Positions 36,652 to 46,417 of a DNA stretch of 64,000 bases are shown one piece after another. The DNA lies in NCBI GenBank assembly GCA_964637165.1, contig CAZWVI010000005.1:70322-134321 (forward strand), written 5' to 3'. Every line of letters starts with the position of its first letter. Positions within the stretch are counted from its first letter, which is position 1. Under the pieces are notes generated by a model. That model saw nothing but the letters and a program-made list of their open reading frames with translations. It ran no database searches and had not been told where the DNA came from. A program made the position numbers and the translations under genes. The stretch comes from an uncultured Planctomycetales bacterium (GTDB lineage: Bacteria > Planctomycetota > UBA1135).

Positions 36652-39080
36652 TCAGGAATACTGGCGAGTTTTTCGCGCAATTGCATCACGTTGATGTGCT
36701 CTTCACCATACTCGCTGATGTATCCATTCAATGATTTGTTCCAAACCGCACGTGCTTCATCACGCCTATTTAAGGCTAGGTATTGGTCGCCAAGTCGCAT
36801 CCCGTAAAGAAGTGCCGAACTTGAGTTAGCACCTTTAACTTCAGTCGCACCACTTAAGGCTGACCTTAATAGTTTAATAGCATGTTCATGATCGCCGGTG
36901 GTTCCGGCATATTTTCCACAAAGCGCCAGACTCGATAAAGTCTTCGGGTGCTTACCACCATATTTGCCAATTCTGATTGACAAAATGTCTGAGGCAAGTC
37001 GATAAGCTTCAAGCGGTTTTCCGGCGGCCCCGTAACCAATCGATTTATTGCTCAATAGAGATAAGTACAAGCGGTGGTTCTCGCTGAAGGTTTGTTTAAT
37101 AAGTGGGAGGTATTCATCAGCCCAGCGAATAGCCTCTTCACCTTGCCCATTGTTGGCCAAAGAATTAACCAAGTTTGAAATGTTACTCAATGTTGTTGGG
37201 TCTTGTTTTCCTCGCAACGCAATATCTCCTTCAACAACTTGCAAAAAGGAATCGACAGCAAGTTGATAGCGTGAGGAATAGTTGTGGCCGGCGGCTAATC
37301 GGCTTAATGCCTTAAGCCAAAGTAAATTCATGGCTTCGCCATCTTTGCGTAAATAGCGGACCGAGGCCTCCATTAATTCGCGCCCTTCTTCGGGCCTACC
37401 AGTCATTGCATAAATATCTCCAAGTAAGTTGGCTGACGCCCAGGTAATCGGAGAATCAAAGTCCAAAAAGGTCACACAGTCTCGATAAACTCTTTCTAAA
37501 AGCTCAGTGGCCTCTGTGTAGCGTCCCTCATTAGATAAAATATTTGCCAACTTTGATTCTGTTTTCAAAGTTTCTGGATGCCATTTACCGTGAGCAATTA
37601 TTAATTCAGCAATTGCAAAGTTATATGAAATTTTGGCATTCTCGAAATCGCCAAATTCTTCAAAGGCTTTACCGCTAGCACTAAGCAATCGCGCCTTTAA
37701 CTCTGGTGCAATATTTTCATCACTCTGGGCAAGCGCGTGGGTGGCCTCGGCTAAGTCGCGGCGACCAGTGGTAGAAACTAATTCACGGGACTCAGCGTCT
37801 GGTTGTAATAATTTTTCAATCAATAACGACACATCTTCCAAAGAACTTTGGGTTTGTTCAGTGTTGACCTCGGCACTTTTGCGTTTTTGTTGTGCGACGT
37901 TCATTAACTGAATGGTGGTCACAGTCGTGCTAATCGAAATTAATAAAGTGAACGCTGCCAAAGAGCGTCGTGGCCGGCGGCGCGCAAAGCGCCAAACGCG
38001 TACCCCAAAACTAGTCGGCGAAGCATTTACCCGTTCACCATTTAGGAATGCGTTTAAGTCAGCGGCAAAGCTTTGCATTGAGTCATAACGATGGACTAGG
38101 GCCTTTTCCATAGCTTTCATACAGATGGCGCTCAATTCGACAGGAATAGCTTTGCGGATTTTGTTGGGCGCAGGGGGGTCCTGAATTCGGATTTGTTCTA
38201 AAACTTGGTCACGGTCTTCACCCTTAAATGGACGCTCCATAGTTAATGCTTCATAAAGGCTGGCGCCGAGCGAAAAAATGTCGGTTTGGTAATTAACTGG
38301 ACGATGCCCACGGCTTGCCTGTTCGGGACTCATAAAACTCGGCGTTCCAGTAAGCTCACCACTTACCGATAAACTTAAATCTTCATGGATTTTAGCCAGC
38401 CCAAAGTCGGCAACCCGCGGTCGCCCATCTTTAGTCATTAAAATATTCCCCGGCTTTAAGTCGCGGTGCACAATTCCATCATCATGCGCTGCACCCATAG
38501 CTTCGGTTACTGATAAAAATGTTTTGGCAACTGTTTTGAAGTAACTTGGTGGTAACTGTGCTCGATCTCGCAGTTCATTAATCGAATCAGCGAGACTCCA
38601 ACCATCGCTAACCAATTCTTGGGCAATGTAGTTGATGCCCTCAAATTCTCCGGTGGCAATTACTCGCACAATCCCAGGGTGCGCCAGTTTGCCGCCAGTG
38701 ACAGCTTCGCGTTGAAAGCGTTCTAAGGTGCGTGGCAAAAGTCCTAAATGGGGGAAGAGTAATTTGAGAGCAACCGATCTCCCTAAAGTAGTTTGTTCGG
38801 CCTCCCACACCATTCCCATTCCACCTTGTCCAATTGATTTAATTAACTTAAATTCACCAATCATACGCCCGGCGGAAATCCCTAATGGTTGTTCGCCCAA
38901 CATTCCACGTAATGCTTCATAGTCGATTAATAGTTCATCAAATATATTGCGAATATTTTCATCGAGTGAAGCAGCGAAACTTTTTCCATCGGCCTCGCCT
39001 TTACGCGCCAACGCGAGAAAGCGATGAAAGGCTTGCTCGGCTTGCTGCTTTAGCGATTGTTGGTCGGTTGGTTCAGACAC
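36648..39080 (-). CDS. Membrane-anchored Ser/Thr protein kinase with C-terminal TPR repeats
   Basis: Hanks motifs GQGGMGMVWEA, VALK, HRDLKPGNIL, DFGLAK and GTPSFMSPEQ. One TM (LAAFTLLISISTTVTTI) is followed by about 400 aa of TPR-like repeats. Confidence 0.9.
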   Translation of the reverse strand: MSEPTDQQSLKQQAEQAFHRFLALARKGEADGKSFAASLDENIRNIFDELLIDYEALRGMLGEQPLGISAGRMIGEFKLIKSIGQGGMGMVWEAEQTTLGRSVALKLLFPHLGLLPRTLERFQREAVTGGKLAHPGIVRVIATGEFEGINYIAQELVSDGWSLADSINELRDRAQLPPSYFKTVAKTFLSVTEAMGAAHDDGIVHRDLKPGNILMTKDGRPRVADFGLAKIHEDLSLSVSGELTGTPSFMSPEQASRGHRPVNYQTDIFSLGASLYEALTMERPFKGEDRDQVLEQIRIQDPPAPNKIRKAIPVELSAICMKAMEKALVHRYDSMQSFAADLNAFLNGERVNASPTSFGVRVWRFARRRPRRSLAAFTLLISISTTVTTIQLMNVAQQKRKSAEVNTEQTQSSLEDVSLLIEKLLQPDAESRELVSTTGRRDLAEATHALAQSDENIAPELKARLLSASGKAFEEFGDFENAKISYNFAIAELIIAHGKWHPETLKTESKLANILSNEGRYTEATELLERVYRDCVTFLDFDSPITWASANLLGDIYAMTGRPEEGRELMEASVRYLRKDGEAMNLLWLKALSRLAAGHNYSSRYQLAVDSFLQVVEGDIALRGKQDPTTLSNISNLVNSLANNGQGEEAIRWADEYLPLIKQTFSENHRLYLSLLSNKSIGYGAAGKPLEAYRLASDILSIRIGKYGGKHPKTLSSLALCGKYAGTTGDHEHAIKLLRSALSGATEVKGANSSSALLYGMRLGDQYLALNRRDEARAVWNKSLNGYISEYGEEHINVMQLREKLASIPD

Positions 39081-39122
39081 TAGAGGTAGAGAGCCAGTAA
39101 TTCTGGCCTCACTCTATTATTA

Positions 39123-40415
39123 CTAATTTTTGCTTGGCGCGGGCAAACTTAGGCTCATCAATAGGGGAATCGCTAAAAATGCTGTTGCGGCTAAATATGG
39201 CGAGCTACTGCCGAATTTCCAGTAGAGCGTGGCGCCGATAAGTGGTCCGATGGCTCGGCTTAAAGATCCCATCGAGCGGAATGTGCCGAGTGCCAGTCCT
39301 TGACGGTCGGCGGGGGCGTATCTTGAAACGAGTGCCGATAAACATGGCATTACTAATGCTGAGCCAACCGCCATAAAGGCAAGTCCGCTATAAAGTTCGC
39401 CGGGTGTTTGTGATTTACCCATCAAAAAGAATCCAGGCGCGGTAATTAGCATGCCAATTTGCGCGACTCGTCGTTCACCAAAGCGTGGCGCGGCGCGGCG
39501 CACAATACCACCTTGAACAAAGGCGATAATTAGTCCAACAAAAACAAACATCCACGCGAGATCGGTGTGTGAAAAGTCAAATCGATTAACTGCTAAAAAG
39601 GAGAGAGTGAATTCAACTCCGGCAAAGGCAGTCAGATAAATTAAGTAAAGAGTAGTGGTGTTGGCAATCCCTGGAAAGTTAAGCGACTTTAGGCGCAACA
39701 ATGGATTGAAAGACCGCGCGTCTCCTTGTGCACGATTATTTTCCGATAAGGTCTCCGGGAATTTTTTGACTACCCAGATTAAATTAATAAAGGCTAAGCA
39801 GGCAGAGGCAAAGGCCGGGCCAGAAAATGGATTAAGTGCAAAGGTTGCACTACTGCCAGAATCTAATTGCCAGCCCGCCAGGAAGCCGCCAAGTGCTGGC
39901 CCAAGAATAAATCCTAAACCAATTGCCATTCCAACCATGCCCATGCCTTTGGCGCGGTTTTCGGAAGTCGTGGTGTCGGCAATTGCCGCCGAAGCTGTGG
40001 AAATATTTCCCGCCATGATGCCACCAAATATGCGTGCCGCAACTAAGACTAGGAAACTTCCAGCGAACATCCACAAAATGTAGGCACCCACGGTTCCGCA
40101 CAGCGTAAAAATCAGCGTCGGTCGGCGGCCAGTTCGGTCGGATAAGCCGCCCCACACGGTGGCAAAGACGAATTGCAGTAAGCCGTAAACAGAACCCAAA
40201 ATTCCACCGAATAAAGTTTGTACCGCATTGCTGTCGGAAGCGGCTAAATCATTGAGCCAGACGGCTAATTGGCCGATTGCACTGTCAGGGCCTTCGAGGC
40301 CAACATAGTGCTCGAGCATGCCGGGGAATAGTGGGAAGATGATTGAGAAGCCGACAATATCGAGAAATACCGTAAGAAAAACCACTCCCATCACCGAATG
40401 TCCTTTATTGGTCAT
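39123..40415 (-). CDS. MFS transporter (drug:H+ antiporter / Tet-like)
   Basis: 12 TM segments and MFS loop motif GGLSDRTGRRP. Confidence 0.85.
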   Translation of the reverse strand: MTNKGHSVMGVVFLTVFLDIVGFSIIFPLFPGMLEHYVGLEGPDSAIGQLAVWLNDLAASDSNAVQTLFGGILGSVYGLLQFVFATVWGGLSDRTGRRPTLIFTLCGTVGAYILWMFAGSFLVLVAARIFGGIMAGNISTASAAIADTTTSENRAKGMGMVGMAIGLGFILGPALGGFLAGWQLDSGSSATFALNPFSGPAFASACLAFINLIWVVKKFPETLSENNRAQGDARSFNPLLRLKSLNFPGIANTTTLYLIYLTAFAGVEFTLSFLAVNRFDFSHTDLAWMFVFVGLIIAFVQGGIVRRAAPRFGERRVAQIGMLITAPGFFLMGKSQTPGELYSGLAFMAVGSALVMPCLSALVSRYAPADRQGLALGTFRSMGSLSRAIGPLIGATLYWKFGSSSPYLAATAFLAIPLLMSLSLPAPSKN

Positions 40416-40534
40416 GGTTTACGCGCAATTGAGGGGTTTGTGGTCATTGTCCCTTCTAGGATAGGATTGCCGGTTGAACAAGCGAAATGGTGGTAGAGTT
40501 TAGAAACTAGCAAATAAAAGAAATCCTCCCCCTT

Positions 40535-42228
40535 ATGCGTTTCCTCCCCGCCATCCTAATCAGCACTTGCTGTTTCGCCGTTCAAGGCATAGCTCAAACA
40601 ACCTATGTTGACGATACCGCCGGTGCAGGCTTAAGTTTGACCCACACTCCGGTTTCAGGCCACCCAACTTGGCGATGTTGCCAGGAGTTTCTACTGGTGA
40701 CTTTAACAATGATGGTTGGCCAGATCTTTATGCGATCAGTGGTGGCACAACTCCTGACAAGTTATTCATAAACCAAGGCAATGGACAGTTTGTCGATGAA
40801 GCAACTCAATGGGGCTTAACCGATTTGATTTACGGTGTCGGATCTTGCATTGGTGATTTCAACCGCGATGGCTGGCAAGACATTTATGTGGTTTCTGCTG
40901 GTGATATTGTGAATGGTGCAATTTCAAATGGGAATCGCCTCTATGTGAATAATGGAAACGGAACCTTTAGCGATGTCGCGCAAACAGCCGGCGTTGCTTT
41001 TGGCGCAGGTTGTGGTTGTTCAAAAACCGCGATGTGGTCGGATTACGATCATGATGGTTGGTTAGATTAATTTGTTACAGCTAACGATTTGTCATCGATT
41101 CCAAACCGTCTCTACCATAATAATCAGGATGGCACCTTCACAGACTTCGATGGCGACCGTTGGCCGGACTTATTGGTCGGTGGTGACTATGACGAAGATG
41201 GTGATATTGATTTCCATTTAAGCGATATCCACTGGCCATTGACAAACTTAAAAGGTAGCCGTTTGTTGATTAACGACGGTAATCACACCTTTAGCGAAAA
41301 AGGTACTGCGGCCGGAGTTAATGCTGCAGGTTGGGGTTGGGGTAATGCCGCAACCGATATCGATAACGATGGCCTACTAGATATTGTGGCCACCAATGGT
41401 TGGCTACAAATGCAGTGGCAGAATTATCCGACCAAGGTTTTTTATAACTTGGGTAATATGCAATACGCCGAACTATCCGCATGGTGTGGCTTAGTGCACT
41501 TTGGCGCAGGTCGCGGATTGATTAAATGGGATCCTGACCAAGATGGCGATGAAGATATTTTAATCGCTGCAAGCGGTGAACCACTTGCCCACTTTAGAAA
41601 TGATCTAGCTAATGGTAATGCTTGGTTGCGAGTAAACTTCGACACTTCTGCTAATCCGGCTTTAGCTCCGAATGGATTTGGAACAACAGTTTGGGCAACG
41701 GTAAATGGTCGTACCTTGATGCGCCAAATTGATTCAAGTATTAGCCACTTGTCCCAGCATGAGTTAACCGCGCATTTTGGTTTTGGACCAGGAGTTACTC
41801 AGGTAGATGAACTTCGAATCGAATGGGCCGATGGGTTTGATACGGTTTTAAGCAATGTGGCTATCGATCAATTACTGACCGTTGCTGCCGAGAAACCTTT
41901 TGTTAGTTCTTCGTTGATCCGTGGACAGAGCGCAACTTTAACTTTGACTGGGGCTCAAGCTGGCGAACAGGTTCTGTTTTTGTCTAGCCTAGTTGGTTTT
42001 GGTGGCAGCCCACCAATCCCGCAACTTGGCGGTCAACGCTTGGGGATTTTGCCACCAATTAGATTGGCTGGTTCGGCAATGACCAATTCAAACGGACAGG
42101 CCACCTATTCCGCCTTAATCCCTAATGGTGCACCTCTTGTTGGTGTTTATCTGCAGGCAGTGGTGCAGCGCGGAGTAAACGGTCGAGATTCAGTTATTTC
42201 AAACTCGATTAACAAAATAATCCAATAA
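40535..42228 (+). pseudogene. Disrupted FG-GAP/VCBS + ASPIC/UnbV (CRTAC1-like) gene, paralog of 42342-44216
   Basis: Three ORF fragments (40535-40771, 40669-41070, 41089-42228) align colinearly with the intact downstream paralog. There is a frame change near 40660-40672. An in-frame TAA at 41068-41070 (LD*FVTA) sits where the paralog reads LDLFVCA. About 55-60 codons, roughly one FG-GAP repeat, are missing after NNQDGTFTDF. Confidence 0.75.
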
Positions 42229-42341
42229 TCCTTGGTTTTGCTTAGGTTTCGGACCCCAGAAATCCGAAAAAAGGGGTAGGGTAGAGATACCCCGCAGCGC
42301 TCTTTTGCGCACCCTCATCTCAATTCCCGCACACCATCAAG

Positions 42342-44216
42342 ATGAAAATTCAACACATCCCGATTGGTCTAATGTTGGTAGCCTTGCTACTCAGCGTGGA
42401 AGATATTTCTGCGCAAACTTCCTACGTTGACGATACCGCAGCAGCCGGATTGTCGTTCAGTCATACTCCGGGGGCCGGCCATAATTCCATCTCGATGGTT
42501 GGCGGTGGCACAATCGGTGATTTTAATAACGATGGCTTGCCAGACATTTTTGTGTTTGGTGGCGGCGGAGTTCAAGATGCTCTGTTTATTAATCAAGGCA
42601 ATGGCACTTGGCAAGACGAGGCCACTCAATGGGGCTTAACCGATTTAACTTACGGGGTTGGCGCTGCGGTTGGCGATTTTGATCGCGATGGCTGGCAGGA
42701 TTTGTATGTAACGTCATGGGGAGACCCAGTGAATGGTCCACTTCATAACGACAATCGCCTGTACCGAAATAATGGTAACGGCACTTTTACCGACGTCGCC
42801 GTAACCGCTGGTGTTCAGTCCGCTTCCACTGCCGCTGATTCATATAGCGCATGTTTTGGCGATTATGATCATGACGGCTGGTTGGATTTATTCGTTTGCG
42901 CCTATGGCCCATTGACTGGCGCAAACCGCTTGTTTCGCAATAACCAGAATGGAACATTCACTGATGTTACGCAAACGGCAATGCCGCGAATTTCCGCGGT
43001 ACATGGTTTGGCATGTTGCTTTACCGACATGAATGAAGACGGCTGGCCAGAACTTTTATTAATTGGAGATACTGGAACGAGCAATTATTTGGTTAATAAT
43101 CGTAATGGAACATTTAGCGATTCCACGAACACAGTTCAGGATTTCAACAAACCCAATGGCATGGGAGTAGCGACCGCTGACTTCGACAGCGATGGGGATA
43201 TCGATTTCTATGTTAGTGATATCTACTGGCCTTTAACTGGACTCGGAGGGAACCGTTTGTTTCTCAACGACGGCGATCATAATTTCCATGAGGACGGGCA
43301 AACGGCTGGTGTGAACATTAGTGGGTGGGCATGGGCACCATGTGCAACGGATGTGGACAATGATGGTTTAGTTGACCTAACCTGCACCAATGGTTGGGCG
43401 GGTTCGTGGGGGAGTTACCCGACACGTCTCTATTACAACTTAGGCAATACTACTTTTGTGGACATTGCCGGTTTCTGCGGATTGATGCATTACGGTAATG
43501 GACGTGGAATGTACATGTTGGACGGCGATGGTGATGGCGACGAAGATTTGTTGTTAACCGCGATGGCTGAACCAACAACCTATTGGAGGAATGATTTATC
43601 GAACGGGTACACCTGGCTCGATCTTGATTTCGACACATACTCGCATCCGACCTTGGCTCCACACGGCATCGGTACCAGAGTTGAAGCGATTGTTAATGGC
43701 CAAAGTTATGTGCGCCAACTCGATAGTCGTCAAAGTTATCTTGGCCAGAGTGAGTTCTACTTGCACTTTGGTTTGGGCGGCGCGGCTCAAGTTGATGAAT
43801 TGATAATTACTTGGGCGGATGGATTTAGCGAAGTCATGACTAATGTTGCGACCAATCAACGACTTACCATTTCGGCGCAAGCACCATTTGTGCAAACACC
43901 GTTGGTGCGTGGCTCGCAGGTCAACTTTAGCTTGAGTAATCTTCAAGCGGGTGAAGTCGCTAGATTTGGCTATTCTTTTAACGGAATTGGCAATGGCATG
44001 GCGCTTGGTCAGCTTGGCAATATGCGGGTTAACTTGTTGCCACCGGCGCAAGTTTTGGGAATTGCAACTGCTAACCAAAATGGTGTGGCAACATTGCAAG
44101 TTACGATGCCATGGAACGCCCCGACAGTGATGCTGCATACCCAGGCGGTGGTAGTTCGGGGGCTGGCCGGCAGTATGTCGATTAAGAGCAATTTCCGCTC
44201 TGAGTTGATTCAGTAG
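42342..44216 (+). CDS. Secreted FG-GAP/VCBS-repeat protein with ASPIC/UnbV domain (CRTAC1 family)
   Basis: Signal peptide, repeated GDFNNDGxxD / NxGNGTFxD FG-GAP motifs, and an UnbV/ASPIC block WRNDLSNGYTWLDLDF...HFGLGGAAQVDELIITWADG. Extra about 111-aa C-terminal module. Confidence 0.8.
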   Translation: MKIQHIPIGLMLVALLLSVEDISAQTSYVDDTAAAGLSFSHTPGAGHNSISMVGGGTIGDFNNDGLPDIFVFGGGGVQDALFINQGNGTWQDEATQWGLTDLTYGVGAAVGDFDRDGWQDLYVTSWGDPVNGPLHNDNRLYRNNGNGTFTDVAVTAGVQSASTAADSYSACFGDYDHDGWLDLFVCAYGPLTGANRLFRNNQNGTFTDVTQTAMPRISAVHGLACCFTDMNEDGWPELLLIGDTGTSNYLVNNRNGTFSDSTNTVQDFNKPNGMGVATADFDSDGDIDFYVSDIYWPLTGLGGNRLFLNDGDHNFHEDGQTAGVNISGWAWAPCATDVDNDGLVDLTCTNGWAGSWGSYPTRLYYNLGNTTFVDIAGFCGLMHYGNGRGMYMLDGDGDGDEDLLLTAMAEPTTYWRNDLSNGYTWLDLDFDTYSHPTLAPHGIGTRVEAIVNGQSYVRQLDSRQSYLGQSEFYLHFGLGGAAQVDELIITWADGFSEVMTNVATNQRLTISAQAPFVQTPLVRGSQVNFSLSNLQAGEVARFGYSFNGIGNGMALGQLGNMRVNLLPPAQVLGIATANQNGVATLQVTMPWNAPTVMLHTQAVVVRGLAGSMSIKSNFRSELIQ

Positions 44217-44279
44217 TTATAGGTTTTTACTACTTGTAATTTCTTGAGTGGAGCTTATTAGAGTTAACTACGTAAATCC

Positions 44280-44831
44280 ATGCCCGATCCCACCACTTTG
44301 CCACAAGAAATCATGAGCCTTGGCATCTCATCCTCACGGCTTTTGGACGTGCGCCCTACGCTCTCCAAGGGAGAAGATCCATTTAGTTTGATAATGACTG
44401 CGGTGGCCGCTCTCGATGAGGGCGAGGCTCTGCATTTATTGGCTCCGTTTGACCCGCTTCCCTTGTATGCGGTTCTTGGAGGAAAGGGATTTCAAAACTA
44501 TTCGGTTAAGGAGGGTGAGGTTCATAACATTTGGTTTTACCGCGCCGTTGATGTGGAAAAGGTCGCGACCAAGTCGAATACTGGAGAGCTTCAGGGTGAA
44601 GTCTTGCTAGATGTTCGTGGCTTGGAGCCACCGCAACCGATGGCGGTAATTTTGGAGAAGTTGCACGAACTTGGGGATGGTGCTCACTTATTGGTCGACC
44701 ATCATCGTGAGCCGGTAATGCTATATGACAAGTTGGCGGTTATGGGGTTTAAGGCTGAGGCGAAAGAAATTAGTGCCGGGCATTGGCAAGTTCGTATCCT
44801 GCCGGAATGGGCAGGAGCCGATGAGCGCTGA
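44280..44831 (+). CDS. Tandem DUF2249-domain protein (TusA/SirA-like fold)
   Basis: Two copies of the pattern LLDVR(P/G)...P...I......L..GE/DGA.L.L....P..LY..L (residues about 20-88 and about 108-175). Confidence 0.6.
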   Translation: MPDPTTLPQEIMSLGISSSRLLDVRPTLSKGEDPFSLIMTAVAALDEGEALHLLAPFDPLPLYAVLGGKGFQNYSVKEGEVHNIWFYRAVDVEKVATKSNTGELQGEVLLDVRGLEPPQPMAVILEKLHELGDGAHLLVDHHREPVMLYDKLAVMGFKAEAKEISAGHWQVRILPEWAGADER

Positions 44832-46110
44832 TACTTCGACACTTAACACCGACCTAGCACCGAGCTTTCGCTTGGTGGCTTGGCATATGTTGTTGGGTGT
44901 GTTCGGATTTGTCGCGACTGCAGTGGTTTTACTTTTAATGGCTGACCAATTTAACGCCCATTGGTTTAAACCCGGCCTTCTTGGGCTTGTGCATAGCGCC
45001 GCGCTTTTTTGGTTATTGCCGATAGCGATGGGTGCTCTACATCAAATGGTGCCAGTGTTATTTGAGCGGCGAGTCTATTCAGAAAAAATCGCTTGGTCGG
45101 CCTTAGTGCTTAATGTGCTTGGCGGTTCAGGCTTAATCGCCCATATGTTTACCTTGAATAATTCAGTTGGCTTAATGGCGACGGGAATGATGACCGCGCT
45201 TGGTGTTTTATTATGGGTGGCTAATTTACTACTCACAATCAAAAGTGCTGGGCGACCAAATTTAATTGGTGGCCATGTTGTGATTGCCTTAGCGTTTTTG
45301 GCGACTACTGCAGTAATCGGCGGAATGTTAGCGTGGAATTTATGGGAGCCATATTTAAACTGGGATCACTTACGCTGGTTGCGCGGGCATGCGCACTTGG
45401 GGATTTATGGATTCTTCGGAATTTTAATTATGGGTGTTGGCTACAAACTCGCTGAAATGTTCTTGTTGTCGTATGGTGCTGATATGCGATTAGGGCGGTG
45501 GGCTTTGATTTCTGCAACCATTGGATTGTTAGTTTTAGTGGCGACTTTGATGTTTAGTTATTCTGCGCCAGTAGTCGGCGCTATTTTGCTTGGCTTGAGC
45601 GCGTGTTTATTCGTTAGCCAATTTGGACGAATTTTAAGGAAACGCTTGAAACGCCAATTAGATGTCCCTTGGCGGCATACACTGGCGACATTGGCGTGGT
45701 TGTTGATGGCTACGGGTTTGGGCTTGGGTTTAGTTTTTGATTTAGTTCCGCAAATGGGTGTTGTTCAAGTTAGTACGATTTATATTTTTGTTGGGCTGTT
45801 TGGATTTGTTGGTTCAGTAGTCTCTGGACAGATGTTTAAAATTATGCCATTTTTAGTTTGGTTGAAATGGTACAGCCCACATTTGGGATTGCGTCAAATT
45901 CCACCCGCAACAGAACTGATTTCGCGACACTTGATGCTTGTTCAATTTGTATTACAACAAAGTGGCGTGGCGTTAATTGTTGTCGGTGTTCTAAGCAAAA
46001 CCCCGCGTTTGCAAACTGTTGGCGCATGGAGTTTCTTGTGCGCGACGATTGTGTTTGCAATCATCATGATTAAGTTAATGCGCAGTAGGCCAATTGATGT
46101 CGCTAACTAA
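44821..46110 (+). CDS. His-rich 12-TM membrane protein (heme-copper-oxidase subunit I-like / NnrS-like, uncertain)
   Basis: About 12 TM helices with conserved-looking intramembrane His (VAWHML, VHSAALFW, GALHQMVP, RGHAHLGIYGFFG). The start is taken at MSADTS, overlapping the upstream stop by 11 nt. Confidence 0.5.
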   Translation: MSADTSTLNTDLAPSFRLVAWHMLLGVFGFVATAVVLLLMADQFNAHWFKPGLLGLVHSAALFWLLPIAMGALHQMVPVLFERRVYSEKIAWSALVLNVLGGSGLIAHMFTLNNSVGLMATGMMTALGVLLWVANLLLTIKSAGRPNLIGGHVVIALAFLATTAVIGGMLAWNLWEPYLNWDHLRWLRGHAHLGIYGFFGILIMGVGYKLAEMFLLSYGADMRLGRWALISATIGLLVLVATLMFSYSAPVVGAILLGLSACLFVSQFGRILRKRLKRQLDVPWRHTLATLAWLLMATGLGLGLVFDLVPQMGVVQVSTIYIFVGLFGFVGSVVSGQMFKIMPFLVWLKWYSPHLGLRQIPPATELISRHLMLVQFVLQQSGVALIVVGVLSKTPRLQTVGAWSFLCATIVFAIIMIKLMRSRPIDVAN

Positions 46111-46408
46111 AGAAGAAATAATTCGCACCGCTCTGGGAGATGTTTACGATCCTGAAACTGGAATCGATATTGTGTCGATGGGGTTGATTTATGGAATTAG
46201 TTTTAATGTCGAGTCGGGGCGCGTTGATGTGCTGATGACATTGACCACGCCGGCGTGCCCGATGTCCGAGGCCTTGAAGCAAGGGGTTGTTAATCGCCTC
46301 GAACGGGTCGATGATGTGCGGGAAGTGGTGGTGGAATTAGTATTCGACCCGCCGTGGACTCCCAAAATGGTCTCAGAAGAGGCGCGCGCGAAACTGGGGC
46401 TTGGTTAA
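46097..46408 (+). CDS. DUF59 / MIP18-family (SufT-like) Fe-S cluster assembly protein
   Basis: DVYDPETGIDIVSMGLIY and TLTTPACPM motifs. It overlaps the upstream gene by 14 nt. Confidence 0.8.
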   Translation: MSLTKEEIIRTALGDVYDPETGIDIVSMGLIYGISFNVESGRVDVLMTLTTPACPMSEALKQGVVNRLERVDDVREVVVELVFDPPWTPKMVSEEARAKLGLG

Positions 46409-46417
46409 TCTATTCCA

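Noticed and set aside
40535-42228. Treating 40535-40771, 40669-41070 and 41089-42228 as three separate genes.
   Set aside because: Together they align end to end with the downstream 624-aa paralog, so they are fragments of one disrupted gene.
42229-42341. Hairpins in the spacer between the two ASPIC genes (TTTCGGA-N9-TCCGAAA; GGGGTA-N9-TACCCC), considered as an RNA gene or terminator.
   Set aside because: The stems are short, lack a following T-tract, and show no similarity to the other repeats in the window. They are most simply leftover 3-prime or promoter sequence of the duplicated unit.
43596-44138. A 180-aa antisense ORF within the intact ASPIC gene. Similar long antisense ORFs lie at 50618-51169 (in fadD), 1207-1677 (in the protease) and 16733-17263 (in the asparaginase-like gene).
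   Set aside because: Each lies fully inside a motif-supported gene on the other strand. Their composition is low-complexity, with no start context or recognisable domain.
44217-46417. A fluoride (crcB-motif) riboswitch upstream of crcB.
   Set aside because: Only 9 nt separate crcB from the preceding gene. The 63-nt leader of the operon (44217-44279) is AT-rich and shows nothing resembling the conserved crcB-motif pseudoknot as I remember it.
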